This document shows, in pieces, positions 60,801 through 64,000 of a stretch of DNA of 64,000 bases. The DNA lies in the NCBI GenBank assembly GCA_001949185.1, contig BDGG01000006.1, forward strand, positions 1,160,827 through 1,224,826. The letters are read 5' to 3'. The stretch comes from Ramazzottius varieornatus (taxonomy: Eukaryota > Animalia > Tardigrada). Position numbers and translations under genes: made by a program. Position 1 is the first letter of the stretch; every line of letters starts with the position of its first letter. The notes under the pieces were generated by a model. It was given only the letters and a program-made list of their open reading frames with translations. It ran no database searches and had not been told where the DNA came from.

Positions 60801-62371
60801 AATCAATCGTGCAACAGAGCGCACAACTTCTGCGTCAAGGACCTGCATACAAACCGCTCCTAACCGCATCCCAGACTGAGTATGTATTCCAATGAAGGTT
60901 CATTCGTCTGTTGTCAATCAACGGATCAAAAACTGCCTGATCTATGAAAGTCACAAAACCGTACAGAAATCAAACTGACAGTTCAAGATAAAACTGAAGG
61001 CAGTTCGCTATGCTTGATGGGTTCGATGCCACACAGGTTAACAATTTCTGACGTCACTGCGAACTGTATCGTGGGTCAATCAGCGCAACGGTCAATCAGC
61101 GCAACGGTCTGATCGATCATCGTTGCCTGACGCTGTTTGTGTTCCGATTGAGTTCCTTTTCGGTCTCGACGACAGTTTCTGGTTTTATTCGTATTTCAAG
61201 GAACCTCAGCCCATCAAAGAAAGCGCAAGCGATCTACCTCTGGCTGAAAGTTTCTTTGTGTTGATGATTTTGGCTGCAAAGTCCGCTCCCGATTCCTTGT
61301 GGACGCACTTCCGGACGATGGAGAAGGCGCCTCTGCAAGAAGAGAAGGAAGGAAAATAAATTATGGTTGCACCATCATCTTTCTTACCACAATTATCACT
61401 TGACAAGAGCGGATATCCTAGATTGTGACTTTGACACGAAATCAGGGCTTTGTTTCCTTCGGCTGCACTGTGATGCCACTGCAGCAAATGAGCAGTGGGC
61501 AGAGTAGATCAGTAAGGCGCGGCCAGATGACAGCATATGGAGCCGGGCATGAAATTGAAGAATATCCGTAGACGACCAATGAAGGCACAGACTCTCTAAC
61601 GTCGACAATCTTAATTGGCCGATTGAAGGCACTTTTCATTTTGTTGCCGCTCCATACTTCTCAAACTAGTCCCGCCTTACTGATCTACTCTGCCCATTGC
61701 TCAAATTACATAACCGTTGTGAATGACACTGTCTAAAAACCCTGATCCCTCAACGATTTGCCAGCTTGATCAGCACGGTGCAATAGAAGGCCGCAGTCGC
61801 CAACTGACATTCTCCCCCACTTTACTCGTGTCGAATCTGGGCTAGAGGGAACAGGAAGAATAAGATGCTTCGTGGGCAACAGCGGTTAGCTTCTGCTGTC
61901 AAACAACACGTTCAACGGTTCAAAGTACGATTGCATCTCCGTGCGATGTTCAAACTTCTAGTCTTCCTTTGTGTCAAAGTGGACTTCGAGGAACACTTCT
62001 GGCTGAGGAGTTAGTAACAAGGAAGTCGAGGGTTCTCAAAATAACTTCGAAGACCTCGGAGTGCATTCCAATCAGTGCTATTTCCAATCAAGCAAATCGC
62101 GTCAGTGTAAATATATCCAGCACGGCCTTGATCAGAAGTCCCGATCTGTTCGATCATGGCCGTGCCGGACGTAAGTCGTCAGTCAGGGCCGTGCCGTGAT
62201 GGAATTCGAGCCCGTACTATTATCAATAAATCAACGGTAACAACATGGGGAATATTTTGCGAAAAGTTGTTGGACTTACTTTCCCAGTTCTTCTTTGAGC
62301 TCATAATTTTCCGTAAATTTTGTGGTGGCTCCGGCGGTGGGATATGCTCCCGAGCCGCTGTCGAGAGGCAT
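54801..62371 (-). CDS. CaMKII: Calcium/calmodulin-dependent protein kinase II
   Basis: Exons 62371-62280, 61332-61238, 60651-60592, 60299-60245, 59719-59581, 59496-59310, 58793-58492, 55853-55478, ~55412-55317, ~55238-55123, 54924-54801. [48 protein letters not shown]; regulatory [20 protein letters not shown]|[14 protein letters not shown]; hub domain [13 protein letters not shown]...[18 protein letters not shown]. Confidence 0.97.
55012..55081. repeat. Palindromic repeat family unit (CaMKII intron)
   Basis: CAAGTGGCGCACGCTTTCAGTC...GACTGGAAGCGTGCGCCACTTG. Confidence 0.88.
56112..56182. repeat. Palindromic repeat family unit, near-consensus copy (CaMKII intron)
   Basis: GATCGTTTTCCCAAGTGGCGCACGTTCACAGT...ACTGCAAACGTGCGCCACTTCCGAAAACGATC. 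Confidence 0.9.
56396..56978 (-). CDS. Putative alternative first coding exons of a kinase-less CaMKII isoform
   Basis: ATG 56978 opens 109 codons to a phase-0 GT donor at 56651. A 94-nt intron with CTAAT branch-like motif and CAG follows, then a 54-codon exon 56557-56396 with a phase-0 GT donor. Both are frame-compatible with the phase-0 acceptor at 55853. Confidence 0.55.
57452..57587. repeat. Two palindromic repeat family units (CaMKII intron)
   Basis: AAGTAGCGCATCT...AGATGTGCGCCACTT and CCAAGTGGCGCAC...GTGCGCCACTTGG. Confidence 0.88.
58900..58966. repeat. Palindromic repeat family unit (CaMKII intron)
   Basis: CCAAGTGGCGCA...TGCGCCACTTGG. Confidence 0.85.
59855..59972. repeat. One to two palindromic repeat family units (CaMKII intron)
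   Basis: CAAGTGGCGCACG...CGTGCGCCACTG followed by a degenerate unit ending AAGCGTGCGCCATTT. Confidence 0.8.
61490..61702. mobile_element. MITE with 30-bp TIRs, GAG..CTC termini and 4-bp AAAT TSD (Sola-like) in CaMKII intron 1
   Basis: AAAT-GAGCAGTGGGCAGAGTAGATCAGTAAGGCG ... CGCCTTACTGATCTACTCTGCCCATTGCTC-AAAT. Confidence 0.85.
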
Positions 62372-64000
62372 CCTGACGAAGGTGTGACTTTAGTTGGAGA
62401 AGATTGTATCCAGGAATGCTAGCGAAGGAAAGAAATCAGCCCAGGAAGTGCTCGTCTGAGGACGTTGGGTAACTGCCTTCGCCTTCAACGAAGGAATCTA
62501 CGGAGAGGAAGTGTCACAATTTCTCCCGTTATCCAGCTGTTCATCCACAAACACGGAACTAAAGGGAGGACAGGAGTGTGCAGGAGCTCGCTAGCCTTTA
62601 CGTTCAGGAGCAACTCAATATTTTCCCAGTTGATGGCACACAATTAACATGGAACGTGATCATGTTGCTGCGCATAACATTACGCTGTACGGCGATAGAT
62701 GGATCAGGATCATGGATGCAAGCTTGGCTCGCTGTATGTCTCTGTGTGCTGTGAGTATGGGGAGATGCGATGAAGGCTGTTGGAAGGCAAGGAAGGAAGG
62801 AGACGAGAGTGGAAGCGTATAGCGGGAGCCAGAGGAACGGAATGGTTAGACAGGCATGCACTGTTTTTACTGGCAGCCGCACTTCCGGCGCCACTCCAAC
62901 AAGACTGAAAACATTGCAGCCTTCTAAGTAGAAACCAAGCTTTTTTCATGATCATTCCCTCCAAAGTTCCTTTATTTCTATTTCAAGTGCACCATTCCCT
63001 TTAAGCACACTCGTTCCGTCACAAACAAGGCGTGGTTTGATATTTCAATAGAAACCAGGCATCTTTACGCGAACGACGCATTCTACAAAAATACTGTATC
63101 TATACCCGCACGGTTGATAACGCCCGGAGGCGCTGTGACGTCGCCGCGGGTTTTCGTATGTTGCAATCGCTTCTGCTTTCACAGTCATTTCCGGGTCGAT
63201 CGTGGATGTTTTCATCAAGGGACCTCCCCGATATGCAACCTTATCGCACTGCAGGTACTCGTTGGTTCGAAACGGTTAGCCTGTGGCAATAAAAAACCTG
63301 AGCTTAAGGCATGAAGCCTGATGTCAGTTTTATCAACCCGCGCTGACCGCAGTCAAGCTCATAAAAATGGAAATTAATCAACCTGCATCCGTCATCCGTC
63401 TTGCAGCTTACGGCGTGCCTAAACCTGCAACCTCCACCCTGGATCGGTGGACGAAAGCACGAAGGAGAGATCCCTATCAAGCTAAAAATGAAGCTTTCCT
63501 ATGAAGCTTTCCTATGAAGCTAAAAATAGATAAGCCAAACACAGCAGCATATTAGTACAGTATGACTACTAAGGTTTGCGTTCGCGCTTGAGCAAGCCGC
63601 GGAGGTGGCGGTAAGAGCTGTGAAAGAAGAAGGTGTGGTCGCCTGAGAAGCCAACATACCAGCAAGTTCCTGCGACGGCTGCGTCTTCGTCGACGGGAGT
63701 CAGCAAAGTGGATTTCCATCGGCAACATGCTCTTTCGAGCCGTCGTCGATCGACCGTATGTGAGTTATGAGCGGTACTACTTACTAACCTTCATGTCGTG
63801 CCACACCATCGTACGATTGATGCGTAATGTTTTGATATGCTTTCAGGAAGCCTTCCGCTCGACGTGCCTTCCGTCCGCACCATCAGCAAAATAATGGACT
63901 TTGCATCGTCAGCTGTTGAATTTCAGGAGGTTGTCCAAGCACACTTCTCGAACACTCCACACCGTAATTTGAATTTGTCTTTTTGGTTGTCAAATATTCG

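Noticed and set aside
61074-63520. Short tandem duplications (16 bp at ~61074-61109; 13 bp at ~63489-63520)
   Set aside because: Ordinary slippage duplications in non-coding DNA.

Overview
Gene-dense, intron-containing invertebrate (metazoan) genomic DNA with short GT-AG introns of about 60-100 nt. The compactness and gene set are compatible with a tardigrade-like ecdysozoan, but this is inference only. From left to right the window holds: a tandem cluster of three secreted astacin metalloprotease genes with different C-terminal modules (PAN/Apple; two PAN plus a Ser/Trp-rich tail; PAN plus LysM); MRPS31; a disabled APE-RT LINE; a spastin/fidgetin-like AAA ATPase; RXR/USP; an RFX transcription factor; a GT10 alpha-1,3-fucosyltransferase (the only + strand gene); a divergent Frizzled; a gene-poor stretch with two decayed copies of a small secreted-protein gene; and CaMKII. 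Many non-autonomous inverted-repeat elements are present, and about 20 copies of a ~50-70 bp palindromic repeat lie in introns and intergenic DNA. The most interesting observations are the modular astacin-PAN-LysM cluster, a probable intron-initiated kinase-less CaMKII isoform, a Frizzled lacking the KTxxxW motif, an RXR with a degenerate AF-2 helix, and the palindromic repeat family. Exon boundaries were read by eye and may be off by a few bases.
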